Origin: Amphiscolops sp. MND2022
Lineage: Eukaryota
Length of the DNA: 64,000 bases
NCBI GenBank assembly: GCA_964187785.1
Contig: OZ076414.1
Span: 23,498,001-23,562,000, forward strand
Direction of reading: 5' to 3'
Part shown: piece after piece, positions 35,441 to 46,329 of the stretch
Position numbering within the stretch: the first letter of the stretch is position 1
How the letters are laid out: the number at the start of each line of letters is the position of its first letter
Translations under genes and position numbers: made by a program
Notes under the pieces: model-generated
What the model saw: the letters and a program-made list of their open reading frames with translations, nothing else
Databases searched by the model: none
What the model was told of the DNA's origin: nothing

Positions 35441-37585
35441 CTGCAAAGTAGAAACCTTTGATGACGTAATGTTAGGAAAAATCGTAATGTTTTGGAAAAT
35501 TTATCGTGTTGCTATCGAAGTTCGTTACACCTAATACATTTTCCAAATAAATTGATATTCCCTGTTTCCAGTTTGTGGCGTAATATTGGTGAAAGTGTTT
35601 TCTGATGTGATAGCCAAAAAGTAAAAACCTACTGTAACGGCACCCTCTGGTACAGCAGATTCAGTCGATATTGGAATTCAGACTTTGGACATGTCCAGAA
35701 AACTTTTGAAAAATTCTAATTCGATGTTTACCGTGGCACTGAGCATGTGATTGCTCTTTTCGCTGTTTATACGAAAATGGCAGGTACTTCGACAACAAAG
35801 AGCAAGAACGAGAATAAACATAAGGGCAGCCGCCAGAACAGACCCAGAGACTGCAAACACTTCTGAAAATAGATTCTTGTACAGGTGCTAACCTTGATTT
35901 CAGCAGTATGCTACCTTAAGTAGCGAAAACCGTAAAAATGAGTTTTTCCGTCTAATTCACAAATCCGTGCCTGTGGTGCCCCAGCTTGCGAGCTGAATGT
36001 GGATAGTGCCAAATTATTGTTGTGGACGTGATTGCTGTACATTGTTGTAAGTTTATGGCTACTTTGACATCTTTAGATCTTATTCCGCAATTTTAGATAT
36101 TATTCCGCAAGTCACCCTGAATGACGAAAATTTAACATAATTTTTTGGAACGTTTTTAAAGGCTGTCTAAGCGGTAGTTTCGAAGACAAAGCGTAATTCA
36201 CGTTACTGACAGCAATTAAAGACTGGATCAAGCTGGTGAGGGCTCCTTAAGAGACGACGACCCTCCTGACGGGACAACCCCCTTCTGACGGGGAGAAGGT
36301 TCGAATCTCAGTGGGGCTATTTTCTTATGAACAATTTTTCTGCCTTTTTGTGATTTATTATCCGTTTGGAGCTTTTGTCTACAATCATTTTCCCCAACGT
36401 CTTTTCTGAAAAATGTTTTTAACAGACATTATTCAATATATGATCACGTTACATGTTTTGTGTACCGAAACTCTGTTACTGACAGTGTATGTATATCTAG
36501 TCTGAAACGTTTGGCTCCTTCTGTACCCTGCTAACAGAATAGAAGTAAGTTCCTACTTCGCCAATAAGGATGGTAAAAGGAGATCCGAGGAACTGCAGTC
36601 ACCCCACAAGAACAATCGAAAAATCGCTGAACAAATCAGCACAGCTGTGGTACAACCCAAAAGCTCTATCTGGCATCACGTCAATACAGATTACACGCCA
36701 TACCTAAACCCACTATCAGGAGAATTGAAATGTTTATAAAAAAGCGGAAAAAAATCTCGGATTAAAACTACAGCTACATTTCTGAGTGAGGCTCTACAAA
36801 AAAGTGATCAGAAACTTCCACCTTTTTCTGAAGCTGTTTACCCCAATATTGTACTTTACCTTCCATGTTTCCTTATGATATTTCCAACAATACGGAGGAC
36901 TATTTGGAGCTCACAAACGTTCACCGGAAAACGGTTTCACATTGTCATCGAACTTTCATACATCATGATGGGTGTCATGGCAGGAAGATTTTCGGGAGAT
37001 CATTTTCTGTCTTTTTTTAACCCCATAGCCTGAACTCTTTTGACGCTTTGTCCCCAATCAGTTTTCACCTACATCATTTTTGAATATTGTTTACAAACCT
37101 TATGCAACATAATACTCACGATCGTCAATCATCATTTTTTGTTTGCCGATTCTGTTGCTGCTAACAGTATACATGCTTTAATCTAAAACTTTTGCTTTAT
37201 TCTGTATCCTGTTAACGGGATTGTAACTGCAATAAAAAATTTCTACGATACTTTTCGGCAGCCCGATACCCGAGCTGACAGCTTTGTCAAGAAAAACAAA
37301 GCATCAGCTAAAGTTCACTTGTTTTTGACTTCATGAAAGGACTTGTTGAAATTTTGATATTGTTTTCCCGCCACTTGGACACAGGGGTGCTGATACCAAT
37401 GAAGCTGGCGTTTTATCACCATTGTGTCAGAAAAATGTCGAAAAACAATGATAGATTTTCGATGCTCGTTGTGATCTACACATATTGGAGAATCTCGGGT
37501 TAGAAGAATCTCCATCTCCAAAAAAATATTATAGCTTAAAAAATTCAAATGCTGAAGAACCAAACTTAATAACACCAGTGGAGTT

Positions 37586-38285
37586 TAATAATAATAATAA
37601 TAATAATAATTGAATTTATCAGGGTGCGCTGTATATATAAGCATCATATAAAATTATAAACATAAAAGTGCAAACATAAAATAATTTAGCCCCTGAAAAG
37701 GCTTCCTATAAGCACTTAGGCTTTTCAAGAGGAAACCTTTTGAAATGATTTTTTTGTGTTTTTTCAGTTTTTTTTGTGTGTGTGTGGTAGAGATTTGACA
37801 TTTAATTAACCGTTTCAATCTATCCAGCTGAAAAAATTCTAATTGCATATAAGATCAATCAAGTCACCATTTCCAAAAATGTAGAGATCTGCAATTTGGT
37901 GGTAGTAATTTTGAAAACAGTTTTCGTCCATTTCGCATATCAGTTCGTCTGTAAATAAAACACCCCACTTGCGCAATGCATTGATGAGTATGATTGCCCG
38001 AGAATCTAGCCTATCATTTTCTCCTGTGCGATTCCATATATTTAGACTACCATTTCTTGTTTGTCTATTTTGCGTTCCAATGCAAAGACTTTTGAAACCA
38101 TTTCGTATCTGGTTAAGGGAAAATTTGAAGATTTCATAAACATGATACTCAAACACTGTTCTAATTTTTAATTCGTTGAATTTTTCAGTAACACTAGTTC
38201 TGGTTGGAAGCCTTAAAGCTATCCTCATTAGTTTTTTTTGTAATAAGAAAATTTTTAGCAATTTAGTTTTTGGGCCCAAGCCATA
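37586..38285 (-). mobile_element. 3' fragment of a CR1/L2-type LINE with an (ATT)n tail
   Basis: ORF 37839-38294 YGLGPKTKLLKIFLLQKKLMRIAL...LKIRTVFEYHVY resembles a LINE ORF2 C-terminus; a (TAA)~8 microsatellite at 37586-37610 lies at its 3' side. Confidence 0.7.
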
Positions 38286-38325
38286 CAGAAGCACGCCAGT
38301 TTATTTGAAACAATCTTCAACTCAC

Positions 38326-38741
38326 TAATGGAATCTTGAATCGACTTCCGAAAATTGGCACTGAAAATTTGGCTTTCGGCAGTTGCAAATCGGGACCCAT
38401 ACGTGTCTAAAAACTGTTGAATGTGCAAGTTCAACAAGATATCCTTGGAGTCTCCAATTCTGGAGAACCCGTTCAATAGTTCTCGTAAGTGAGGCCCAAG
38501 TTCGTGAGAAATTTCATCAAAGTAGCCTTTCTTTTCCAGATCTGTCTCGATTGGCTCCCCCAGAGCTACTAGTTGGCTTTTCAGGGTTTTCAACAAGGTA
38601 GGCAGTCTATTCGAAAGCTGTTCCACCGACTGGCGAATCGTTCTGTGCCCTTCTTTGACCAGGAGTGAAGACAGAGCGGGAATTCCTTTTTCAGAAGTCT
38701 CAACTCCGCTCAGTTTGAACAAACTTTGATCCTCTTTCGAT
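38326..38741 (-). CDS. Mx/dynamin-like GTPase exon (end of G domain, start of middle domain)
   Basis: Acceptor attctttag|A at 38742/38741; donor A|gtgagt at 38326/38325; 416 nt, phase 2 to 1. KGIPALSSLLVKEGHRTIRQSVEQLSNRL resembles dynamin G...L...L...L..HI...LP.L. Confidence 0.88.
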
Positions 38742-39233
38742 CTAAAGAATATATGAAACCAATGGAAATATTAACAATGCTCTAAGTAACAAATGTTTCG
38801 TTATTTGAAGGATCAATTTGGTGATGAAAAATTTGGAAAAAACTTCTTTAAATCATTTCCTTGCATCTGAGAAAACGCATCTGTTAACTGAGACAATATT
38901 CTTGACGGTCGACAGAAACTCGTCGAATCTCTATCATCGGAAAATCGTCAAAATGACTACCAGTGTTTATTATTTACAGCACGCCCGTTGAGCAATGGGA
39001 TACTTTTCGCCTGCGAACTAATTTAGCAACGAGATTTTGGTAAAACTCGCGTTCAGCCGTTAAATTACAAACCAGCGGAAAAATATGAAATGTTTCGAAC
39101 AAATTGTTAGTGACTATCGACTTTAAAATGTGATTTTGAGGTAACTTGTGATTCTCGCTGTTGCTATTCTCACTGTTTTTCACCGTGAAAAGCGTTTTTC
39201 TTCGAAACCGTACGATTAAGCACCTAGTAGGGG

Positions 39234-39739
39234 AAAAAACTGCTGGCTTGAACACCAATAGTGGCGAGTTCGCAGTTAATCGAACATCGATTACGCTTCA
39301 CCTGAAGTTTAATGCTCTAAAACCTTACTACTTTTTGTTTCCCAAAACGTGAAAAATAAAAAAATCATTGATTCTTTTGGATAAAGTCTTCATTGAACCA
39401 AACTCAATATTTCCTCAGAAAAAGAAAGCTACGTAGCCTGCGTATTCAGCTATTTTGTTCTCAAATTTTTTAAATCTTGATGCCCATGGGCATCAAGATT
39501 TAAAAAATTTGAGAACAAAATAGCTGAATACGCAGGCTACGTAGCTTTCTTTTTCTGAGGAAATATTGAGTTTGGTTCAATGAAGACTTTATCCAAAAGA
39601 ATCAATGATTTTTTTATTTTTCACGTTTTGGGAAACAAAAAGTAGTAAGGTTTTAGAGCATTAAACTTCAGGTGAAGCGTAATCGATGTTCGATTAACTG
39701 CGAACTCGCCACTATTGGTGTTCAAGCCAGCAGTTTTTT
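39234..39739. repeat. Perfect spacer-less palindrome, 506 bp (253-bp arms)
   Basis: Centre ...gatgccca|tgggcatc... between 39486 and 39487; arms compared base by base with no mismatch seen. Confidence 0.95.
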
Positions 39740-39931
39740 GCACAGTACAAAAACTAAACAGTGCCTAAACAGTGTACAAAAACTGCAATAGTTTTTAGAA
39801 AATTGAACGTTTGCTTCCTTCAGGTTATGTTTTGTGCACAGTACAACAACTAAACAGTGCCTAAACAGTGTACAAAAACTGCAATAGTTTTTAGAAAATT
39901 GAACGTTTGCTTCCTTCAGGCTATGTTTTGG
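39740..39931. repeat. Tandem duplication, 2 x 96 bp
   Basis: gcacagtacaa...ttatgttttgt at 39740-39835 is repeated from 39836 with only 2-3 differences; it starts at the first base after the palindrome. Confidence 0.92.
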
Positions 39932-40269
39932 TAAAAACCTATAGTTTTAAAAAGTGTGTTGAGTAGTTGAAGTTTCGTCTTCAAACGTTTTACGTAGTCA
40001 TATCTGCAAAATCCATCGAAATTAGAACAAAAAAGAAATGAATTCTACTAAACATGAAAATTTTGAGACAAAAACAATGGTTTGAGTTGAAGATAAATCA
40101 TTCCCTTGGACATTTTGGGGAACTTTGAAAGACCTAAAAACTTACTGAATGGTTTGCAGTTGTTCATTGTTGATCTCTGTCGATCATCTAATACTTCAAA
40201 AAGTTCGGAAATTGTACAAAAATTGCCAAAAATAGTTAACCCTAAATAGCATAGCGGTACTTAAAAGGA

Positions 40270-40460
40270 TGTTGTAATCTAGCTTTATGGTTAAAGAAGT
40301 ATCTCAGTACAAAACTCAATTGTTTTCTAGCTTACTATACAAGCTTTCTGATAATAGATCATCTGCGCTTAAGTGGCAGGTATTTAAATAAAAGAACATC
40401 AATTACAAGTGTAGTAGACAGTTTATAGACTAATTAAGTTAATTGTCTGTACTCTCTACA
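40270..40460 (-). repeat. 3' LTR of the young Gypsy
   Basis: TG...CA, identical to 46139-46329. Confidence 0.97.
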
Positions 40461-40767
40461 TTTCCCCCCTCACTATTGGCTGATGTTCGGCCAATGGGTT
40501 TCTGTTCTTCTACTGTATGGCGGTAGTTCCTCCAATGGTCCAGTTGTTTATGGACGGATGACCGATCCTCGCTTGTGTGGTTGTCACGGTGAGTGTTTGT
40601 CCGTGACGTCAGTTTGCTGTCCGTTGTATGGACTAGTTGAGGTTGCTTGGTTCCGTTTCCATTTGGTTCAGGTTCAGCCTTTCTACGGTGTTTCCTGTAA
40701 TCATGACATACCGGGTTATTATATCTAACAATTGGGTTGGTTTTTGTTAGTCTTTTTGATCTGCGTA

Positions 40768-43671
40768 CTATTTTTCTTCTTCGTGTTTAATATCTGCTTC
40801 TAATTCAGTGCTAGAGCTCAGATTACTGATCAAGTCTAATTCAGAATTTTCAAAGTTGTTCTCTTCCCCCGTTTTAGGAAAAGAAGTCAGATTTTTAAAC
40901 ACCTTACCATTATCATCTCTGATAAAAAGTTCATCATTCGCTTGTCTAGCGTCTTCGATAGCACGGTTGATCTCCGTGTCTGTCATGTTGGCTGCGATGA
41001 TGGTAAGTGGGCCAGTGCTGTCCGTCCCTCCTGGTGGGGATTGGTGGGGGCTTGAGTTTCTCCGGTCTCGTATTAATTTCACTGGTCTGCCTCTGCCATA
41101 CGTACCGTTTCTCACCGTGGCGTTGTCCGGTTGGTCCGTGGTGATTGGGCTGCTGATCTCTGGTAGCGGTGTCTCGGTGTCTGATTCGATCACGTATGCC
41201 CTCTTCAGTTTTGATGGTGATCTTGTAAACCGGCCGTCTGGCCCTCTCGGCCCAGTTCCTCTGTTGTTGTTGCATTCCTGGTTAAAATTACAGATGGGTT
41301 TACTAATAGATTTCTTGTGTATTGTTCTTCCGTTTGGCGTTGTTACGGTATGGTTCGTTTCCGAAATAGCTATATTCGGTTTATCTGTATATGCACTTTC
41401 GAACTTTGTTTTGTGATGTTTTTTTTCTAAGAAAAGGAAAGAATGGTTACTAACTCCTTTATCGCTTTTTCTTGTCTTCATCGGTAGCTGGTCGGAGACA
41501 CCGCCAACTCCGCTGAATGAATATACCTGTAAGGTATCTGGTTTCGCTGAAATGGAATTCTCTGTTAGATTTTTCAAGTTATCTAAGCTTAACAGATTAG
41601 AAATTTCCGTGTTTGGTTTTCGACCGTAATGTAGTTCGAATGCGGACTTCTTTAGTTTCGTGTGAGGTGTTTTTCTCATCACGTCTAATGACAAGTCTAG
41701 AGCTGTTCCGAATCGTTCTCCGGCCTTAATGTTCGTTAGAAGATTATCTTTCAGAGTTCTGACCCCTCTTTCTACTAAGCCTGTGGGGGTGTGGATGTAC
41801 GGTGTTCCGTAGATCAGTTTAATGTAGTGTTTTTTGCAGAAATTGCGGAAAGTGCGGCCCGTAAACGCAGTCGCCTTATCGGTTCTAATTGTCTTTGGTA
41901 TACCGTTCAGTTGAATATATTGTTCAAGGAATTTTACCGCCGTTTCCCCGTCGGTGTGTTTGCAGAAACTGGCTGCCGGCCATTTACTGTACCGGTCAAT
42001 GGATAGTAATATATAAAATCGACGGTTATTATCCGTGATTGGTCCGATGAAATCCAATTGGATTTCTTCGTTTGGACTATTCACCGGGGGTAGGTTATTT
42101 TTTTCCGTGCTGGGTATGTTAGCTTTTATGCTCTTACCGGACATTTTGCAGGGGATGCAAGTTTCACATTTTCTCTGTATGGCTTCTGTCATCTTCGGCC
42201 ACCAGAAGTGTCGAGCTGCCAGAGTCATCTTATTGATGGCTGGATGTCCTTTGTGCAAAAGGCTGATGACTGTGGTTCGGAGGTTTTTTGGTACTATAAT
42301 TCTGTCTTCAATGAAAACAAGACCGAACCGGCTGGATAGTTTTCTTCTGCCCGTTTGATATTCCTCCGGTATCATTTCGTGCTGTTGTCTTTCGAGACAT
42401 ACCATGGTTTTTAGCAAGCTGGGGTCGTTTGTGGTCTCACTCATCAATAGCTGCAAATCCGTGGAGAAGTTCTTTTCTGTCTCCCGCACTGCGTGTTCGA
42501 GATTCCATTCATTTCGCTCTTCTGCTGCGACTCTTGGTGCGTGTCCCATCTTTACATACTGGACACTTTTTACCCCGACGTATCGTGCCCAATTTATTGC
42601 TGGCACCTCTAGGACCGAAGGGTCTTGGTCCGTTTCCGAGTCAATCTCACCTTCTTCCATCGGGATTGGTGCGGAGGATGGGCCAGGTTTGTCCGGTTGA
42701 ACTGGGGTTGGTCGGTCCATGTCCCAATATGGGTCCACTGTCCATTGCTCGGAGTGACCGGTTTGTGGTTGATAGCCCCCTTTGTGTTGCGGTCCGATAA
42801 TTTGTCGAAGGTCTTCTGGTTGTCGATTACTGGTAAGTTGTTGTAGTCGTTCCTCTATGACTTTCCTCTCGTTGTGAAGGAATTTAGGTTCATGGTAGAG
42901 TTTCCATCTCCCCCCGGTCATGCGGTAAATTCTGGGTTTGACAATTTCTTTCCACCGAGTCGTTAGCTCGGTTATTTCAGCGGAATTAAATCTTGCTTCG
43001 ATGTTTTCGATCGTTTTAGCATCCATTTTTAATGTGGTATGCTTTAAGTTGTTTAATTTGTTTGGCTTTGAGCGTGTGTGTACGGCGCTGTTAAGGCAAT
43101 CAATGGCAGTTTGTTCACGCGTGTCGTTTGTCGATGGCTCGTTGTTCGATTTGCGTTCACTTAACTCGGTACCTTTTTCTGATTGGCTCGCATGGTTGCT
43201 AAGGCAACCGTATTTGGAGATGAAGCTGTAGTGTGGAATGATATTGTTGATTACGTATTCTTCGTCGTACGTATCGTCCGCTTGTGGTGGTAATACCGGA
43301 TTTCTGCTGAGATAATCCGTGAGTGCTAAGTGTTTGCCTGCTATATGGTTTACGTTGATCGTGAAATGTGCTAACCGGTCCAACCACCGTGTTAAGCGTG
43401 CGCTATATGTTTTATTGGAGCGATTTCGTTTAATTAATGGTTTTAAGGCCTGGTGATCCGTCAAGAGCTTAATAGGTTTACCATAAATGTATAGACGGAA
43501 ATGTTCTAGGCCCCAAACTACTGCCAGTAGTTCGAGTTCATTGATGGCGTATTTTTTTTCTGTGTCTGATAGGAAGCGACTTGCAAAACCAATGGGTTTT
43601 AGTGTTCCGTTCGGTTGTTCTTGCCATAAGGTTGCCCCTAGGCCTTTTGTGCTCGCGTCGGTTGTTATCAC
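40768..43671 (-). CDS. Gypsy pol C-terminal part: RNase H, ~250-aa spacer, integrase, long C-terminal tail (967 aa)
   Basis: TDASTKGLGA and ELELLAVVWGLEHF (RNase H); LHKGHP...HFWWP...CETCIPC (HHCC); QLDFIGP, IRTDKATAF and GLVERGVRTLK (DDE). Confidence 0.95.
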   Translation of the reverse strand: MITTDASTKGLGATLWQEQPNGTLKPIGFASRFLSDTEKKYAINELELLAVVWGLEHFRLYIYGKPIKLLTDHQALKPLIKRNRSNKTYSARLTRWLDRLAHFTINVNHIAGKHLALTDYLSRNPVLPPQADDTYDEEYVINNIIPHYSFISKYGCLSNHASQSEKGTELSERKSNNEPSTNDTREQTAIDCLNSAVHTRSKPNKLNNLKHTTLKMDAKTIENIEARFNSAEITELTTRWKEIVKPRIYRMTGGRWKLYHEPKFLHNERKVIEERLQQLTSNRQPEDLRQIIGPQHKGGYQPQTGHSEQWTVDPYWDMDRPTPVQPDKPGPSSAPIPMEEGEIDSETDQDPSVLEVPAINWARYVGVKSVQYVKMGHAPRVAAEERNEWNLEHAVRETEKNFSTDLQLLMSETTNDPSLLKTMVCLERQQHEMIPEEYQTGRRKLSSRFGLVFIEDRIIVPKNLRTTVISLLHKGHPAINKMTLAARHFWWPKMTEAIQRKCETCIPCKMSGKSIKANIPSTEKNNLPPVNSPNEEIQLDFIGPITDNNRRFYILLSIDRYSKWPAASFCKHTDGETAVKFLEQYIQLNGIPKTIRTDKATAFTGRTFRNFCKKHYIKLIYGTPYIHTPTGLVERGVRTLKDNLLTNIKAGERFGTALDLSLDVMRKTPHTKLKKSAFELHYGRKPNTEISNLLSLDNLKNLTENSISAKPDTLQVYSFSGVGGVSDQLPMKTRKSDKGVSNHSFLFLEKKHHKTKFESAYTDKPNIAISETNHTVTTPNGRTIHKKSISKPICNFNQECNNNRGTGPRGPDGRFTRSPSKLKRAYVIESDTETPLPEISSPITTDQPDNATVRNGTYGRGRPVKLIRDRRNSSPHQSPPGGTDSTGPLTIIAANMTDTEINRAIEDARQANDELFIRDDNGKVFKNLTSFPKTGEENNFENSELDLISNLSSSTELEADIKHEEEK

Positions 43672-43727
43672 GTTTGGATAATCGGAGTTGTAATGTGCTA
43701 GACCCGGTATTTCCGTGATCTTTTGTT

Positions 43728-46070
43728 TTAAATTTTCGAAAGCCCGTGTATGTTCTTCCGTCCAGAGCCATTTGGTATTTTTTTCAACAACTGTCTCAGA
43801 CTATCGGTTTGGGCGGAAAGGTTGTCAATATATTTTGACAAATACTGGATGGCTCCCAAAAAGGATTTTAATTCCTTTTCGTTGTTCGGTTGTTTCAATT
43901 CTTTTATAGCCAGTAGTTTGTCTTGTAACGGTCGGATTCCGGCTTGATCTATCCGGTGACCGATCCATTCAATTTCTGTTTTGAAAAATTCGGATTTTGT
44001 CTCACTCAGTCTGTATCCAGTGTTTTCGAGTTTGGTTAGGACGTCAATTAATTCTTTCATGTGTTCTTCTTTGGATCCTTTCGTTACCACGATGATATCG
44101 TCTAGCCATGCTGGATGTTTGTTTTCCAGTGTCTGGTCGATCTTTTCTTGGAATATCGTCGGTATATCCGCTAACCCGTAAAATCCTTTTAGGAAGCGGT
44201 AGTAACCGGTGAAGTTTCCTCCGGTTAGAGCGAATATGCACAAGTTTCTGGCTGATTTTGAAAGTATGAGCTGACCGTAGGCATAGTCTAAATCGAATTT
44301 GGAAATCCAGATTTCATCTGCTGGACCGTCTGCTATTTTTCTCGATATTCTCGAAATTAGCTCTTCCATGTTTGGCATTTGAGCTTTTCGTTTCACGGTT
44401 ATTTCGTTTAGCTTTCTTGAATCTAACGCAATTTTTACGGATTTATCTTTCTTTACCGTGATGACTGCTGGGCTCACGAAGCAATTTTCGTCAATATTGT
44501 TGGCCTTTTCAATGTGGCCTTGTTTTATTAACTTTTCTATTTCTTTTTCCACCGATTGTTGCAAATGTATCGGTATGGGTCTTCCCTTCTGTTGTATCAA
44601 TTTGGCATCTTCTTTCAGTTGTATTTTCACTTCTAGCCCGTTTACTGTATGGTTTTCATTGAACAGCTTTTTGAAATTTGTTTTTAATTTTGTTACCTCT
44701 GTGTCTTCTTTTATTCGATGTATTTGTGGGACGGTCGTACCGGTCTCCAGCGTTATTCCCAATTTTTTCATCCAATCCAAACCTAGCAGGGGGTTTGTTT
44801 TCTTGGTTGTTACTAGAAGCTCCAGTTCTTTTCGTGTTCCGTTAATTTCTACTTTCGCGGTTGTTTTCCCTTCAAATCGTATCCGGTTGTCATTCACGTC
44901 CCGGTATTCGGTTTCTAAGGGGTGTAACGGTGTTAACTTGTTGAATTGTGATTTTGGTATTAGCGTTACTGGTGAACCGCTGTCTATTATGAATTTGATT
45001 GGTCGGTTGTTAACCAATGCGGTAATTGTGAAGAATTCCGGTCCGTTGCTGCTCATCGACCGGGTTGAATGTATCTTTTGTTTTACTGAATGGATTGTGT
45101 TCGGTGTCCAGTCGTCTTCACCAGCGCTGCTTGTTTCACCTTCCATTAAGTGGTTTACTCTTTTGTTTGCGCGGCAGCATTTAGCGAAATGGCCAATTTT
45201 GCTACATTTTGCACATTTCTTTCCTCTGGCGGGACATTCATGTTGACGTGACCAGTTCGGTGCTCCGCAACGGTTGCAGTCAATCTTTTTGAATTTTGCC
45301 GGTTTTTCTGGTTGTTCTTTTGTGGTTTTTGTTTTTCGTTTGTTTACATATCGGATTTTCTTCTCTTCCTCTGTTTCAGGTGAGTCGTTTAATTTTTCGT
45401 ACATACACTCATGTACTGCATCGGTTATGGCTTCTACCGACATATCACTTTTTCTAATTTTCTTTTTTAAGTCGTAATCACCGGTTGATTTACCGATCAG
45501 TGACAAAAATTTTGATGCTAAGAGTTCTGCTGCGGTAACTGTTTCAAACTCGCAGTTCTTTTCCACTTCTAAGATCCGTTTCCATACATCTGCTGCAGTT
45601 TCGCCGTCTTCCCGTTTCAAATCAAAGAAATCGGCTCTGCTATGGTGTACGTTCCTCTCTGGGGTGAAGTGTAGTCGGAAGAGTGTGTAGAGTTTGTATA
45701 GCGGTAATGAGCTCGGTTCTCTTTCCCTGACCGTCTTTGTCATCTCCGTGATAGCATTTTGTCCGATTGCCCAGATAAAAATGTCTTTTATATCTGTTTC
45801 GAGTTGTTCACGGTATTGTGGTAGGATTTCTTTGCTGTTCGTCATGGTTGACAAGTCTATGTCTTTCGTCATTTTTATATATTGGACGAATTTTCTCCAC
45901 CACATGCTTGCATTGGCTTGGTCTTGCTTTTCTAGCGTGGGAATGGTGAGCTTCTGGGTGCAGGTCCGGTCTGCCGTCCTGTTCATTGTGTCGTTCGGTA
46001 ACATTTGTCCGTCTCGTTGTGTTCCCGTTGACGTCTGTGTGTTCTCTCCGTCTCCCGTGTTTTCGTCCAT
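43728..46070 (-). CDS. Gypsy gag-protease-reverse transcriptase (780 aa), broken by a frameshift near 43780
   Basis: CNRCGAPNWSRQHECP and CAKCSKIGHFAKCC knuckles; IIDSGSPVT protease; KFDLDYAYGQL, FGLADIP-like YGLADIP and WLDDII RT motifs; FLGAIQYL. Confidence 0.95.
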   Translation of the reverse strand: MDENTGDGENTQTSTGTQRDGQMLPNDTMNRTADRTCTQKLTIPTLEKQDQANASMWWRKFVQYIKMTKDIDLSTMTNSKEILPQYREQLETDIKDIFIWAIGQNAITEMTKTVREREPSSLPLYKLYTLFRLHFTPERNVHHSRADFFDLKREDGETAADVWKRILEVEKNCEFETVTAAELLASKFLSLIGKSTGDYDLKKKIRKSDMSVEAITDAVHECMYEKLNDSPETEEEKKIRYVNKRKTKTTKEQPEKPAKFKKIDCNRCGAPNWSRQHECPARGKKCAKCSKIGHFAKCCRANKRVNHLMEGETSSAGEDDWTPNTIHSVKQKIHSTRSMSSNGPEFFTITALVNNRPIKFIIDSGSPVTLIPKSQFNKLTPLHPLETEYRDVNDNRIRFEGKTTAKVEINGTRKELELLVTTKKTNPLLGLDWMKKLGITLETGTTVPQIHRIKEDTEVTKLKTNFKKLFNENHTVNGLEVKIQLKEDAKLIQQKGRPIPIHLQQSVEKEIEKLIKQGHIEKANNIDENCFVSPAVITVKKDKSVKIALDSRKLNEITVKRKAQMPNMEELISRISRKIADGPADEIWISKFDLDYAYGQLILSKSARNLCIFALTGGNFTGYYRFLKGFYGLADIPTIFQEKIDQTLENKHPAWLDDIIVVTKGSKEEHMKELIDVLTKLENTGYRLSETKSEFFKTEIEWIGHRIDQAGIRPLQDKLLAIKELKQPNNEKELKSFLGAIQYLSKYIDNLSAQTDSLRQLLKKIPNGSGRKNIHGLSKI

Positions 46071-46120
46071 ATTGAATGGTTACTTTCTCTTTTTTGGTGT
46101 GAATCGTGTATAGCTTGAAC

Positions 46121-46138
46121 GCTATTCTGACTGCGCCA
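46121..46138 (-). promoter_or_regulatory. Primer-binding site, tRNA-Ser type
   Basis: TGGCGCAGTCAGAATAGC directly after the 5' LTR; the TGGCGCAGTC start matches the tRNA-Ser PBS known from 17.6/297-type gypsy elements. Confidence 0.7.
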
Positions 46139-46329
46139 TGTTGTAATCTAGCTTTATGGTTAAAGAAGTATCTCAGTACAAAACTCAATTGTTTTCTAGC
46201 TTACTATACAAGCTTTCTGATAATAGATCATCTGCGCTTAAGTGGCAGGTATTTAAATAAAAGAACATCAATTACAAGTGTAGTAGACAGTTTATAGACT
46301 AATTAAGTTAATTGTCTGTACTCTCTACA
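46139..46329 (-). repeat. 5' LTR of the young Gypsy
   Basis: Identical to 40270-40460. Confidence 0.97.

Larger units (their letters stand above)
40270..46329 (-). mobile_element. Full-length, very recent Gypsy (Ty3) LTR retrotransposon in an intron of the Mx-like gene
   Basis: Identical 191-bp LTRs (40270-40460, 46139-46329); 5-bp TSD AAGGA (40265-40269, 46330-46334); PBS TGGCGCAGTC from 46138; PPT AGGGGGGAAA at 40470-40461; domain order gag-PR-RT-RH-IN. Confidence 0.98.

Noticed and set aside
36225-36320. tRNA-like segment (AGCTGGTGAGGGC...GGTTCGAATCTC)
   Set aside because: No cloverleaf can be built; at most a degenerate tRNA-derived SINE head, so not called a tRNA gene.
40808-41416. 202-aa and 262-aa (44458-45246) plus-strand ORFs in the young Gypsy
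   Set aside because: Antisense shadows of the intact pol frames with no independent features, unlike the 55988-58773 ORFs, which have no long opposing coding frame.
43775-43790. Programmed ribosomal frameshift in the young Gypsy
   Set aside because: It falls in the RT-RNase H connection rather than the gag-pol junction; a homopolymer error or indel is more parsimonious, though not excluded.
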